NCBI GenBank assembly: GCA_965248835.1
Contig: CBDFLJ010000002.1
Span: 2,144,001 to 2,208,000 of the forward strand
Source: Alphaproteobacteria bacterium
GTDB taxonomy: Bacteria; Pseudomonadota; Alphaproteobacteria; MPNO01
Reading direction: 5' to 3'
DNA length: 64,000 nt
A program made the position numbers and the translations under genes. The stretch's first letter is position 1. The number at the start of each line of letters is the position of its first letter. The notes beneath the pieces were generated by a model that worked only from the letters and a program-made list of their open reading frames with translations, ran no database searches and was not told the origin of the DNA. Positions 28,839 to 37,343 of this stretch are shown piece after piece.

Positions 28839-29667
28839 CGGCCCCGGCCTCCTGTTCGGCCTCCTGGGCGATGGAGCGGTCGTGATAGCGCCGGTGCGCG
28901 GCCCGCATGTGATCGAGGATCGCCGGGTCCCGGTCGCGCACGGGCACCGGGTCGGGGTCCCAATGCCCGTAGGCGTCGGTGCCGCGCACCAGCGCCGCGG
29001 TGCGCCGGCCGAGCGTCGAGCGCACCGAGGTCGGGATGTAGAACAGCGTCAGCCCGATCCGGGGTACAGCGCTCCGGTTGGGCAGCGATCCGTGCACCGT
29101 GCGCTCGTGATGGACCGAGAACTGCCCCGCCCGGAGCTCGATGTCGACCGCTTCGCTCTCGTCGAGCCTCTCGATCGCCTGGCCGCGCGCCAGGAGGTTC
29201 TTTTCGGCGAACGTCTCGGTATGGCGGTACGCCGGCCCCAGATGGGAGCCCGGCAACACCCTGAGACACCCGTTGTCCCGGTTGCTGTCGGTCAGCGCCA
29301 CCCACACGGCAGCGAGCGCGTGCGGCTCGAGGCCGAAATAGGCCGAATCCTGATGCCAGGAGACATAGGAGCCCTCCCCACCCCCCGGCTTGACCCAGAA
29401 TTTCGAGGCAAAGATCAAGATGTCCGGCCCGATCAGATCCTCGACCACGTCGAGAATCTCAGCGCGCTTCGTCAGCGCATGCGACCAGGTAAAGCAAAGA
29501 TGCCCTTTGAAGTGGACCGCCCCGACCGAGAACCCTTCTTCCCGCTCGAAGTCATCCAGCGCTGCGCACATCGACGCCGCCTCGGCCCGTGAGATCCCCG
29601 AAAACGGTGCCAGGTAGCCCTGCGCCCGATAGAGCGTCACCTGATCGGCATCAAGACCCTTGCCCAA
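28834..29667 (-). CDS. Phytanoyl-CoA dioxygenase (PhyH) family Fe(II)/2-OG dioxygenase
   Basis: Likely TTG start (GGAGGG RBS); SWHQDSAY, NGCLRVLPGSH and HGSLPNRS..RIG motifs. Confidence 0.9.
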   Translation of the reverse strand: MGKGLDADQVTLYRAQGYLAPFSGISRAEAASMCAALDDFEREEGFSVGAVHFKGHLCFTWSHALTKRAEILDVVEDLIGPDILIFASKFWVKPGGGEGSYVSWHQDSAYFGLEPHALAAVWVALTDSNRDNGCLRVLPGSHLGPAYRHTETFAEKNLLARGQAIERLDESEAVDIELRAGQFSVHHERTVHGSLPNRSAVPRIGLTLFYIPTSVRSTLGRRTAALVRGTDAYGHWDPDPVPVRDRDPAILDHMRAAHRRYHDRSIAQEAEQEAGAD

Positions 29668-29809
29668 GACCCGGCGCCCTCCGCAGCCAATCCGCACCGC
29701 TCCATGATCGCACGTTCAAGCCCCGGCACAATCCCCAGCGCCGCCGACATCCCCCTAGGCCCGATTCCGCCCAGCGGCTATCATCGTCCCGACAGCCCTC
29801 ACCCACCCG

Positions 29810-29896
29810 GGGCCCGTGGTGGAATTGGCAGACACAGCAGACTTAAAATTTGCTTCTCGAAAGAGAGTGCCGGTTCGAGTCCGGCCGGGCCCACCA
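29810..29896 (+). tRNA. tRNA-Leu (anticodon UAA)
   Basis: Acceptor stem GGGCCCG/CGGGCCC-A-CCA, D-arm GTGGAATTGGCAGACAC, anticodon arm GCAGA-CTTAAAA-TTTGC, long variable arm CTCGAAAGAG and T-arm GCCGG-TTCGAGT-CCGGC. Confidence 0.97.
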
Positions 29897-29941
29897 GAAC
29901 CTGCACGCGGAACCTGCACGCCCCACCGGAACCTGCACGCG
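29890..29941. repeat. Direct repeats at the tRNA 3' end
   Basis: GAACCTGCACGC at 29897, 29910 and 29929; the 20-mer CCCACC(A/G)GAACCTGCACGCG at 29890-29909 and 29922-29941. Confidence 0.9.
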
Positions 29942-29998
29942 AAGCGACCTTGCGCGGCGGCCGGCGAAGAACCGGACTGCGGTCTGATCGGAACATGC

Positions 29999-30373
29999 TC
30001 AAAGCACGGCCGTGAAATCGCACTGGACGAGGTAGGGGCCCTCGGCCGGGGCGGGCTGGGTGTGGCGGGCCGGACGCGAGTCCGGATCGGGGAACATCCT
30101 GGTCCACTCGGCATTCAGCACTGCGCGGTCGGCCGGATTCCGGAGCCAGACCGAGACCTTGATGATGTCCTCCGTCGTCCCGCCCGCCGCCTCGACCGTC
30201 TCGCGTATATAACGGAAAACCAGCGCGCACTGCTCTTCCAGCGTCTTGGCGGGCTTCTCGGTCACCGGGTCGCGGCCGAGCAGGACGCCCGACATCACGA
30301 TATTGCCGATCCTGGATGCGTTGGGGATGGGGTTGGCGTGCTTGAAGCCCTCGATGTGGATGGACTTGCGCAC
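29999..30373 (-). CDS. RidA/YjgF family protein
   Basis: RKSIHIEGFKHANPIPNASRIGN and LNAEWTRMFPDPDSRPARHT (Rid Arg retained). Confidence 0.88.
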   Translation of the reverse strand: MRKSIHIEGFKHANPIPNASRIGNIVMSGVLLGRDPVTEKPAKTLEEQCALVFRYIRETVEAAGGTTEDIIKVSVWLRNPADRAVLNAEWTRMFPDPDSRPARHTQPAPAEGPYLVQCDFTAVL

Positions 30374-30376
30374 CGC

Positions 30377-30814
30377 TCAGCGCCCCTCGTAGTACTTGGC
30401 GAAGTCGGGCAGCTTGGCGAATCGCTCGACGCCGTCTTCCATCGGCACCCAGGGAAGTGCGCTGTCGGTCCAGATATTGGCCTTGATCGGCACCCAGCTC
30501 GGATCGTCCAGCGTGCCGCCGAACACGACCGTGACATGGGGCCTGGCGGCGCTGCCCGAATAGACCGTCGTGCCGCACGCGCCGCAGAACCGCATGGAAA
30601 GCGCGTTGCCGCTGTCGGCGGCCCGCGTGCGGATAACCGGGTCCCCCTTATCCAGGGTGAAGCCCGAGCTTGGGACCTGGAGCGATATGCCGAAGGCGCT
30701 CCCGGTGCGCTTCTGGCAGGCGGTGCAATGACAGAGATAGGAGACGAACGGCTCTTCGCTCACGGTGTAGCGGATCGCACCGCACGCGCAGCCGCCGGAA
30801 AACGGTACCGGCAT
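30377..30814 (-). CDS. GFA (CENP-V) family Zn protein
   Basis: GGCACGAIRY, CHCTACQK and FCGACGT motifs. Confidence 0.93.
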   Translation of the reverse strand: MPVPFSGGCACGAIRYTVSEEPFVSYLCHCTACQKRTGSAFGISLQVPSSGFTLDKGDPVIRTRAADSGNALSMRFCGACGTTVYSGSAARPHVTVVFGGTLDDPSWVPIKANIWTDSALPWVPMEDGVERFAKLPDFAKYYEGR

Positions 30815-30949
30815 CCCAAATCCTCCCCTGTGAGACTGTCCGCCGGCGATGATAACCGGAGCCGACGGCGCTGTCCCGGGGCGCGATGCACGGACGCCGA
30901 CCGCAGCGAGACCGCAGCACTTGCTTCAAGGGCGCTATCCAAAGCCGTG

Positions 30950-30979
30950 CTGACCCGCGCGGAGATCTCAAAGTATGAT
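30950..30979 (+). promoter_or_regulatory. Putative sigma70 promoter of the fdrA/ylbE operon
   Basis: CTGACC-N18-TATGAT, about 35 nt upstream of the GTG at 31014. Confidence 0.35.
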
Positions 30980-31013
30980 GCGGGCCGAGCATGGACGGAA
31001 CGGGAGTTTGCGT

Positions 31014-31199
31014 GTGACGGGCCAGGATGATCCGCTACGGGCGTTGCTGAACGGCCCGGTCTCGGTGGTCAACATCGGATTTGAGGGCTTCGCTGCCGTG
31101 CTGAGGCAGCAGGAGGTGCCGGTGGTCCAGGTCGATTGGGCGCCGCCGGCCGGCGGCGATCCTCGTCTGATCGACCTGCTGGAGAAGCTGGGGGCGTGA
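31014..31199 (+). CDS. Stand-alone FdrA C-terminal domain protein
   Basis: LLNGPVSVVNIGFEGFAAVLRQQEVPVVQVDWAPPAGGDPRLIDLL matches the FdrA/YahF tail (viNiGl..F......vvq.dW.PPAGG); likely GTG start with GGGAG RBS. Confidence 0.82.
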   Translation: MTGQDDPLRALLNGPVSVVNIGFEGFAAVLRQQEVPVVQVDWAPPAGGDPRLIDLLEKLGA

Positions 31200-32467
31200 T
31201 GGCGCAGAGCGCGACCGCAGAGGCCATCGAAGCCGCCAACGCCGAAGCGGTCCGCCGGATGTTGGCGGCCGAACCGGTTCTGGTCGACGTCGCCACCGCG
31301 GGCGCGGTCATCGACGGGCTTGGCGAGCATATGATCCTCCACGCCGGCCCGCCGATCGCATGGCAGGCGATGAGCGGTCCGATGCGCGGTGCGGTCGCCG
31401 GCGCGATCGTGCTGGAGGGCTGGGCACCGGATCTCACTGCGGCGGGCGCGCTCGCAGCCGGCAACGGCATCGCATTCCATCCCAACCATCACTTCGACGC
31501 CGTGGGACCGATGACCGGCATGATCACCGCCTCGATGCCGGTGATGGTGGTCGAGAACCGGGCCTTCGGCAACCGCGCCTTCTGCACCCTCAACGAGGGG
31601 CTGGGCAAGGTGATGCGGTTCGGCGGCAACGATGATGAGGTCCTTGCCCGGCTGCGCTGGCTGGGCGAAGCGCTGGCGCCGGCGCTTTCGGGCGCGCTCG
31701 GGCGGTCGGGCGGGGTTGCGTTGAAGGCGCTTATCGCGCGCGGCCTGTCGATGGGCGATGAAATGCACCAGCGCAACGTCGGCTGCACAAGCCTGTTCCT
31801 GCGCACCATCGCGCCCGCCATGGCGCGCGCCGTCGAGGACAGGGAGGAACTGGCGACGCTCTTCGACTTCATCTGCGGCAACGACCAGTTCTTCCTCAAC
31901 ATCGCCATGGCGATGGGCAAAGCGATCATGGACCCGGTGCGCGGCATCGCGGCATCGAGCATCGTCACCGCGATGTGCCGCAACGGCACCGAGTTCGGCA
32001 TCAGGGTCAGCGGGCTGGGCGATCGCTGGTTCACCGCGCCGGTCGAGATGCCGCGCGGGCTGTATTTCCCTGGCTTCACCGAGGCCGATGCCAACCCGGA
32101 CCTGGGCGATTCGACCATCATCGAAACCGTGGGGCTGGGCGGGTTCGCGATGGCGGCCTCGCCCGCGGTCGCCGGCTTCGTCGGCGCCGGCACCGCAGCC
32201 GAGGCGCTCGATTACACCAGGACGATGTACGAGATCACGGTTGCACGGAACGGCGAATGGTCGATCCCGGGCCTCGATTTCGCCGGCGTGCCCACCGGGA
32301 TCGATATCCGCAAGGTTGTCGCGACCGGGATCGCGCCGACGATCAACACCGGCATCGCCCACCGCGAGCCCGGCATCGGCCAGGTCGGCGCCGGCGTGGT
32401 CCGCGCCCCGATGGCCTGTTTCGAGCAAGCCTTGGCGGCCTTCGCCGAGACGATGGGCGTGGCATGA
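31199..32467 (+). CDS. ylbE: DUF1116 / YlbE (AllG) family, oxamate carbamoyltransferase subunit
   Basis: ILHAGPPI.W..MSGPMRGA, NEGLGKVMRFG, MGDEMHQRN, NPDLGDS and INTGIAHREPGIGQVGAG motifs. Confidence 0.9.
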   Translation: MAQSATAEAIEAANAEAVRRMLAAEPVLVDVATAGAVIDGLGEHMILHAGPPIAWQAMSGPMRGAVAGAIVLEGWAPDLTAAGALAAGNGIAFHPNHHFDAVGPMTGMITASMPVMVVENRAFGNRAFCTLNEGLGKVMRFGGNDDEVLARLRWLGEALAPALSGALGRSGGVALKALIARGLSMGDEMHQRNVGCTSLFLRTIAPAMARAVEDREELATLFDFICGNDQFFLNIAMAMGKAIMDPVRGIAASSIVTAMCRNGTEFGIRVSGLGDRWFTAPVEMPRGLYFPGFTEADANPDLGDSTIIETVGLGGFAMAASPAVAGFVGAGTAAEALDYTRTMYEITVARNGEWSIPGLDFAGVPTGIDIRKVVATGIAPTINTGIAHREPGIGQVGAGVVRAPMACFEQALAAFAETMGVA

Positions 32468-33960
32468 ACGAGCCGGTCGTCGGGACCAGAACTCGGGCCG
32501 GGTTCTATCTCGATTCGGTGGCCCTGATGCGTATTTCGAGTCAGGTCGCCGCGCGCGCGGATGTGCTCGATGCCTCGCTGATGATCGGCAGCCCGTCGAA
32601 CAAGGCGCTCCTGCGCGAGGCCGGCCTGTTCGACGAGGCGGCGGGTGCGGCCGGCCCCAACGACCTGATCGTCGCGGTCCGCGCCCGCGATGAAGCAGCG
32701 CTGGCGGCCGCGCTGGCGGCCGCGGAAGCCGCGTTGCAGATGCCGGCGGCCGGCGGCGAGGCGGCCGGTGGCGGCTGGCGTCCGCGCACGCTGGAGACCG
32801 GGCTGGAGGCGCTGCCCGGCGCAAACCTCGCGATCATTTCCGTTCCGGGTGATTTCGCGGCCCGCGAGGCCCGCCGGGCGCTGCGGCGCGGCCTGCATGT
32901 GATGCTTTTTTCCGACAACGTGCCGGTCGACGACGAGGTCGCGCTCAAGGATATGGCGGCCGAGCGCGGTCTGTTGATGATGGGGCCGGATTGCGGGACG
33001 GCGATCCTGGCCGGCGTACCGCTGGGGTTCGCCAACGTCGTCCCGCGCGGCGATATCGGTCTGATCGCCGCCTCGGGAACCGGGCTGCAGGAAGTCGCCT
33101 GCCTGATCGCGCGGGCGGGCGGTGGGGTCAGCCACGCCATCGGCGTCGGCGGGCGCGACATGGGCCAAGCGGTCGGCGGGCGGATGACCCTGGCCGCGAT
33201 CGATGGCCTGGACCGGGATCCCGAGACGCGCCGGATCGTGTTGATCTCCAAGCCGCCGGACCCCGCCACCGCGCAGCGGATCGCCGAACGCATCGCAAGA
33301 AGCCGAAAGCATTTCACGGTCTGCTTCATCGGCATGGCGCCAATGGACCTGCCCGGCAACGCCACCCAGGTGGCGACACTCCGCGCGGCCGCTTCCGATG
33401 CGATGGATGAGGATGGGATCGGCCGGACGCCGGGGCTCCGTGAGGCGCTGCCGCAGGCACGAGCGGGCGGCCTGCGTGGCCTGTTTGCCGGCGGCTCGCT
33501 TTGCGCCGAAGCCCAGGCGGTGCTGATCCAGGCCAGGATCCAGGCCGCCTCCAACGTCGCGATCCCCGGCGCCAAGCCGATCGCGCAAGCCACGGACGGC
33601 ATGGCGGTGCTGATCGACCTTGGCGCCGACGAATACACCCGCGGGCGGCCCCATCCGATGATCGAGCCGGCCGTGCGCGAGGATCCGCTGGCCCAGGCGA
33701 TGGCCGACCCGGGCGTCGCCGTGGTGCTGGTCGACGTCGTCATCGGCTACGGCGCCCACGAAGACCCCGCGGGCCGGCTGGTCGCAGCCCTTGGCGGGCG
33801 GGCACCCGCTGCGCCGCTGGTGATCGCCTCGGTATGCGGCACCGAGGCGGACCCCCAGGTGCTGTCCGATCAGATCGGTATCCTGCGCGCGGCGGGGGTA
33901 TGGGTTGCCGCGTCCAACGCCGAAGCCGCCGAGCTCGCGGCCGCCCTGCTGTCGGGCTGA
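32464..33960 (+). CDS. fdrA: FdrA (AllF) acyl-CoA synthetase-like subunit lacking its C-terminal tail
   Basis: YLDSVALM, ISVPG, MLFSDNV, MGPDCGT, ASGTGLQE, LISKPP and DLGADEYTRGRPHPMIEP motifs. Confidence 0.92.
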   Translation: MNEPVVGTRTRAGFYLDSVALMRISSQVAARADVLDASLMIGSPSNKALLREAGLFDEAAGAAGPNDLIVAVRARDEAALAAALAAAEAALQMPAAGGEAAGGGWRPRTLETGLEALPGANLAIISVPGDFAAREARRALRRGLHVMLFSDNVPVDDEVALKDMAAERGLLMMGPDCGTAILAGVPLGFANVVPRGDIGLIAASGTGLQEVACLIARAGGGVSHAIGVGGRDMGQAVGGRMTLAAIDGLDRDPETRRIVLISKPPDPATAQRIAERIARSRKHFTVCFIGMAPMDLPGNATQVATLRAAASDAMDEDGIGRTPGLREALPQARAGGLRGLFAGGSLCAEAQAVLIQARIQAASNVAIPGAKPIAQATDGMAVLIDLGADEYTRGRPHPMIEPAVREDPLAQAMADPGVAVVLVDVVIGYGAHEDPAGRLVAALGGRAPAAPLVIASVCGTEADPQVLSDQIGILRAAGVWVAASNAEAAELAAALLSG

Positions 33961-34820
33961 GTGCCGAGCGCCAAGACGGCGCCGGCCAGGGCATCCCAGC
34001 CGGAGCTGTGGCCGATCCGATCGATCGCGGCCAGACCGGCATCGAGCGCCGCATCATCCATGCGATCGAGCGCGGCCAGCGTCTCGTGCAGGGCCGCAGC
34101 GCCCTCGCCGCCGGCCGCCGCGGCGAGATGGGAAAGGCTGATCCGCCCGGTCGCCCGGCGGGCACGCGCCATGACGGCGCCGGCGAGGCGATCGGCAGCC
34201 GCGTAGCTTGCCGCCGCCCTAAGCGCGATCATCATGCCGCCCAGGAAGTCATCGCCCGAGGGCGTAAGTCCCGGACCGAGGCCGACCAGCCGTTCGATGG
34301 CGTCACCGGGCGGCGCCTCTGCCGCGCCGCGGCCAAGCCAGGCGGCAAGTGCGTCGATGCCGGGTGCGGCGCGATCGAGCAGCGGCGACGAGGCAGCCCT
34401 GCCGCGCACCGCCAGCGGCGCCAAGCCGTCCGCCCGCGCATACCGCGCCGCCTTGTCGGCGAGAGCCTCGAGTGCCGGGCGAGTCACACGGATCGGCCCC
34501 GCCGAGGGCGCGTAGAGGCGCGCTGCGCCGATCTCGATGACCGGCCCGCCGGGCAATCGGCACCCGGCGCCGGTGGGCGTGAGGTGGTCGCCGGCCCGAA
34601 ATCGGAGCGCCGGCCAATCCGGTGCCAACGCGTTGAGCGGTCCGGCGCCGATCGACATCGGGCCGAGGCAGGCAAGGGCGCCGGTCGCGTTCTCGCACAG
34701 ATAGAGGCTGCGCTCGAAGGCCGCGAACACCACGCCCGGCCGCAGGGCGAGGCCCGCCATGACACACGCCGCATGGCGGCCGATCAGCGCGATTCGGATC
34801 GTCCCGGCAGCCTCAGCCAT
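33870..34820 (-). CDS. DUF2877 / YlbF (AllH) family protein
   Basis: LVGLGPGLTPSGDDFLGG and IGHSSGWD motifs; the 3' end reads 91 nt into the antisense strand of fdrA. Confidence 0.88.
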   Translation of the reverse strand: MAEAAGTIRIALIGRHAACVMAGLALRPGVVFAAFERSLYLCENATGALACLGPMSIGAGPLNALAPDWPALRFRAGDHLTPTGAGCRLPGGPVIEIGAARLYAPSAGPIRVTRPALEALADKAARYARADGLAPLAVRGRAASSPLLDRAAPGIDALAAWLGRGAAEAPPGDAIERLVGLGPGLTPSGDDFLGGMMIALRAAASYAAADRLAGAVMARARRATGRISLSHLAAAAGGEGAAALHETLAALDRMDDAALDAGLAAIDRIGHSSGWDALAGAVLALGTQPDSRAAASSAASALDAATHTPAARRIPI

Positions 34821-35775
34821 CGGACAGAATTTGGGTGCCCGACTCCCCGGTCAGCGCCTCCAGCGCCTCTTCGAGATGTCCGATGATCACGCGCTTGCCG
34901 CCGCGCTCGATGAAATCGATCGCGGCTTCGATCTTGGGACCCATGCTGCCCGGCGGGAACTGGCCTTCCGCCAGGTGGCGGCGGGCATCGGCGAGCCCGA
35001 TCGTCGCCAGCTCCTGCGCGCTCGGCGTGCCGAATTCGATCGCCACGCGGCCGACCCCGGTCAGGATCATCAAGGTGTCGATGCCCAGAACGCTGGCCAT
35101 CAGCGCGGAGGTGAGGTCCTTGTCGATCACCGCCTCTATCCCTGTGCGCACGCCGTTGTTTGCGCGCAGCACCGGGATTCCGCCGCCGCCGCCGGCGATC
35201 ACGACCGCGCCGGCGCGCGACAGATCGCGGACCAGCGATATGTCGGCGACGTGCTTGGGCCGCGGCGATGGCACGACATGGCGCCAGCCGCGCCCGGAGT
35301 CCTCGCGCATCGCCCAGCCGGTCTCCTTGGACAGGGCTTGGGCCTCGTCCTCGGAATAGAAATATCCGATCGGCTTGGTCGGCGCGGCGAAGGCCGGGTC
35401 GTCCGGGTCGACCTCGACCTGGGTCAGCAAGCACACGACGTGGCGCGGATCGCCGACCTCGCGCAGCGCGTTCTCCATTGCCTGCATCAGGAGATAGGCG
35501 ATGCCGCCCTGGCTGTGCGCGACACAGATATCGAGCGACATCGGCGTGACCCGGTCCCGGGCGATCGCCTGGCGCATCAGGATCTTGCCGACGACCGGGC
35601 CGTTGCCGTGGGTGATCACCAGCTCGCGCCCCAGCCGCATCAGCGGCAGCAGCGAACGGCCGGCCTTCTCGGCATAGTGCTGCTGCTGCTTGACGGTGCC
35701 GGAGATCCCCTCCGGATGGATCGCATTCCCGCCGATTGCAACCAACAGCCGATCGGGGATAGGAAACCGCGCCAA
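34813..35775 (-). CDS. arcC: Carbamate kinase
   Basis: Likely TTG start with AGGAG RBS; AIGGNA, THGNGPVVG, PTKPIG, GWRHVVPSP, AVIDKD and GSMGPKIEAA motifs. Confidence 0.93.
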   Translation of the reverse strand: MARFPIPDRLLVAIGGNAIHPEGISGTVKQQQHYAEKAGRSLLPLMRLGRELVITHGNGPVVGKILMRQAIARDRVTPMSLDICVAHSQGGIAYLLMQAMENALREVGDPRHVVCLLTQVEVDPDDPAFAAPTKPIGYFYSEDEAQALSKETGWAMREDSGRGWRHVVPSPRPKHVADISLVRDLSRAGAVVIAGGGGGIPVLRANNGVRTGIEAVIDKDLTSALMASVLGIDTLMILTGVGRVAIEFGTPSAQELATIGLADARRHLAEGQFPPGSMGPKIEAAIDFIERGGKRVIIGHLEEALEALTGESGTQILSDG

Positions 35776-35895
35776 TAGCCAACTCCTGGACGTGGTTGCA
35801 TGTACGGCCTTGGGAGGGTACCCCATCAGCGCCTCGCTTGACGACGCGCAAATGTTCTGGATCGATCACGCGCTGCGTTGCCGCCAGGCCAGGCT

Positions 35896-35939
35896 AGGCC
35901 GGGCCGGACATCCAAACAGGCCGGGCCGGACATCCAAAC
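35896..35939. repeat. Perfect 2 x 22-bp tandem duplication AGGCCGGGCCGGACATCCAAAC
   Basis: Units at 35896-35917 and 35918-35939, just upstream of the aminotransferase start. Confidence 0.93.
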
Positions 35940-35956
35940 AGGGAAGTATGCGTTCA

Positions 35957-37201
35957 ATGTCGCTACTCTTCGAGGACCTCAACCCGCCGCCGCGCCTGTT
36001 GATGGGGCCGGGGCCGATCAACGTCGATCCGCGGGTCCTGCGCGCGATGTCGATGCCCATGCTGGGCCAGTTCGACCCGGTGTTCACCAACTACATGAAC
36101 GAGGTGATGGTCCTGCTGCGCCAGGTGTTCGCGACCGGCAACCACTGGTCGCTCCTGGTCGACGGCACCGCGCGCGCCGCGATCGAGGCGATCCTGACCT
36201 CGATCATCGAGCCGGGTGATCGGGTTCTGGTGCCGGTCTCCGGCCGGTTCGGCCAACTCCTGTGCGAGATCGCTGAACGCGCGGGCGCGGATGTGCGTAC
36301 CATCGAGGCGGAATGGGGCACGGTGTTCAGCGCCGATCAGGTCGAGGATGCGCTCAAGCGCGAGCGCCCGAGGGTGGTCGCCGCCGTCCACGGCGACACC
36401 TCGACCACCATGGCCCAGCCGCTGGATGAAATCGGCCCGCTATGCCGGCGCTACGATGCACTGCTGTTCGTCGATGCGACCGCGACGCTGGGCGGCATGC
36501 CGTTCCCGGTCGACGACTGGCAGATCGACGCGGCTTCGGCGGGTCTTCAGAAATGCCTTTCCGGCCCGTCGGGCTCTGCGCCGATCACCTTCAACGACCG
36601 GGTGGTCGAGGTTCTTCGTCGACGCCGCCACATCGAGCGCGGCATCCGGCCGGAGGGGTTCGACGCCGGCGAGGGCTTGCAGATCCGCTCGAACTATTTC
36701 GATCTGCCGATGCTGATGGACTACTGGTCGGAGATGCGGCTGAACCACCACACCGAGGCGACCTCGATGCTCTATGCGGCGCGCGAATGCTGCCGGATCG
36801 CGCTGGACGAAGGGCTTCAGGCGCGGTTCTCCCGCCACGACCTCGCGGGCCGCTCGCTGGTCGCCGGCATCCAGGCGATGGGGCTGTCGATCTTCGGCGA
36901 CGTCGACAACAAGATGCCCAACGTCACCGGCATCCTCATCCCCGACGGAATCGAAGGCGACCGGGTGATCAAGGACATGCTGGAGGATTTCGGAATCGAG
37001 ATCGGCACCTCCTTCGGCCAGCTGCGCGGCAAGATCTGGCGCATCGGCGTAATGGCCTATAACTGCCGCAAGGACGCGGTGCTGACGACCCTGGCGGCGT
37101 TCGAGGCGACGCTTCGGCGGCAGGGATTCGCAGCCCCTCCGGGCGCCGGCGTCGATGCGGCACTGGCGACGTGGCAAGCCGGTGCGGCGGGCTCAGATTG
37201 A
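35957..37201 (+). CDS. pucG: Class V aminotransferase, (S)-ureidoglycine aminotransferase (PucG/HpxJ) type
   Basis: LNPPPRLLMGPGP, GQFDP, GDTSTTM, AGLQKC (PLP Lys), SNYFDL, RLNHHTEAT and IEIGTSFG are diagnostic of the PucG/HpxJ subfamily. Confidence 0.85.
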   Translation: MSLLFEDLNPPPRLLMGPGPINVDPRVLRAMSMPMLGQFDPVFTNYMNEVMVLLRQVFATGNHWSLLVDGTARAAIEAILTSIIEPGDRVLVPVSGRFGQLLCEIAERAGADVRTIEAEWGTVFSADQVEDALKRERPRVVAAVHGDTSTTMAQPLDEIGPLCRRYDALLFVDATATLGGMPFPVDDWQIDAASAGLQKCLSGPSGSAPITFNDRVVEVLRRRRHIERGIRPEGFDAGEGLQIRSNYFDLPMLMDYWSEMRLNHHTEATSMLYAARECCRIALDEGLQARFSRHDLAGRSLVAGIQAMGLSIFGDVDNKMPNVTGILIPDGIEGDRVIKDMLEDFGIEIGTSFGQLRGKIWRIGVMAYNCRKDAVLTTLAAFEATLRRQGFAAPPGAGVDAALATWQAGAAGSD

Positions 37202-37343
37202 CCCCGACCAGCGGGGACGGTAGCCTCCGGTCCGACCCGAACAGCGCCGGACCGCATTTTCGATTGCAGGCGCGCCGATCGCAACGGCGGCGGCCGAATG
37301 AGCCTCGCCCGGCGGCCGGGTGGAGACAGACGGGAGCTATCCG

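Noticed and set aside
28834-29667. PhyH-family genes as halogenases
   Set aside because: Both copies retain the HQD facial-triad Asp; halogenases have Ala or Gly there.
29890-29941. Possible mini-CRISPR after the tRNA
   Set aside because: Repeats are only 12 bp with 1-7 nt between them; there are no spacers of CRISPR length and no cas genes.
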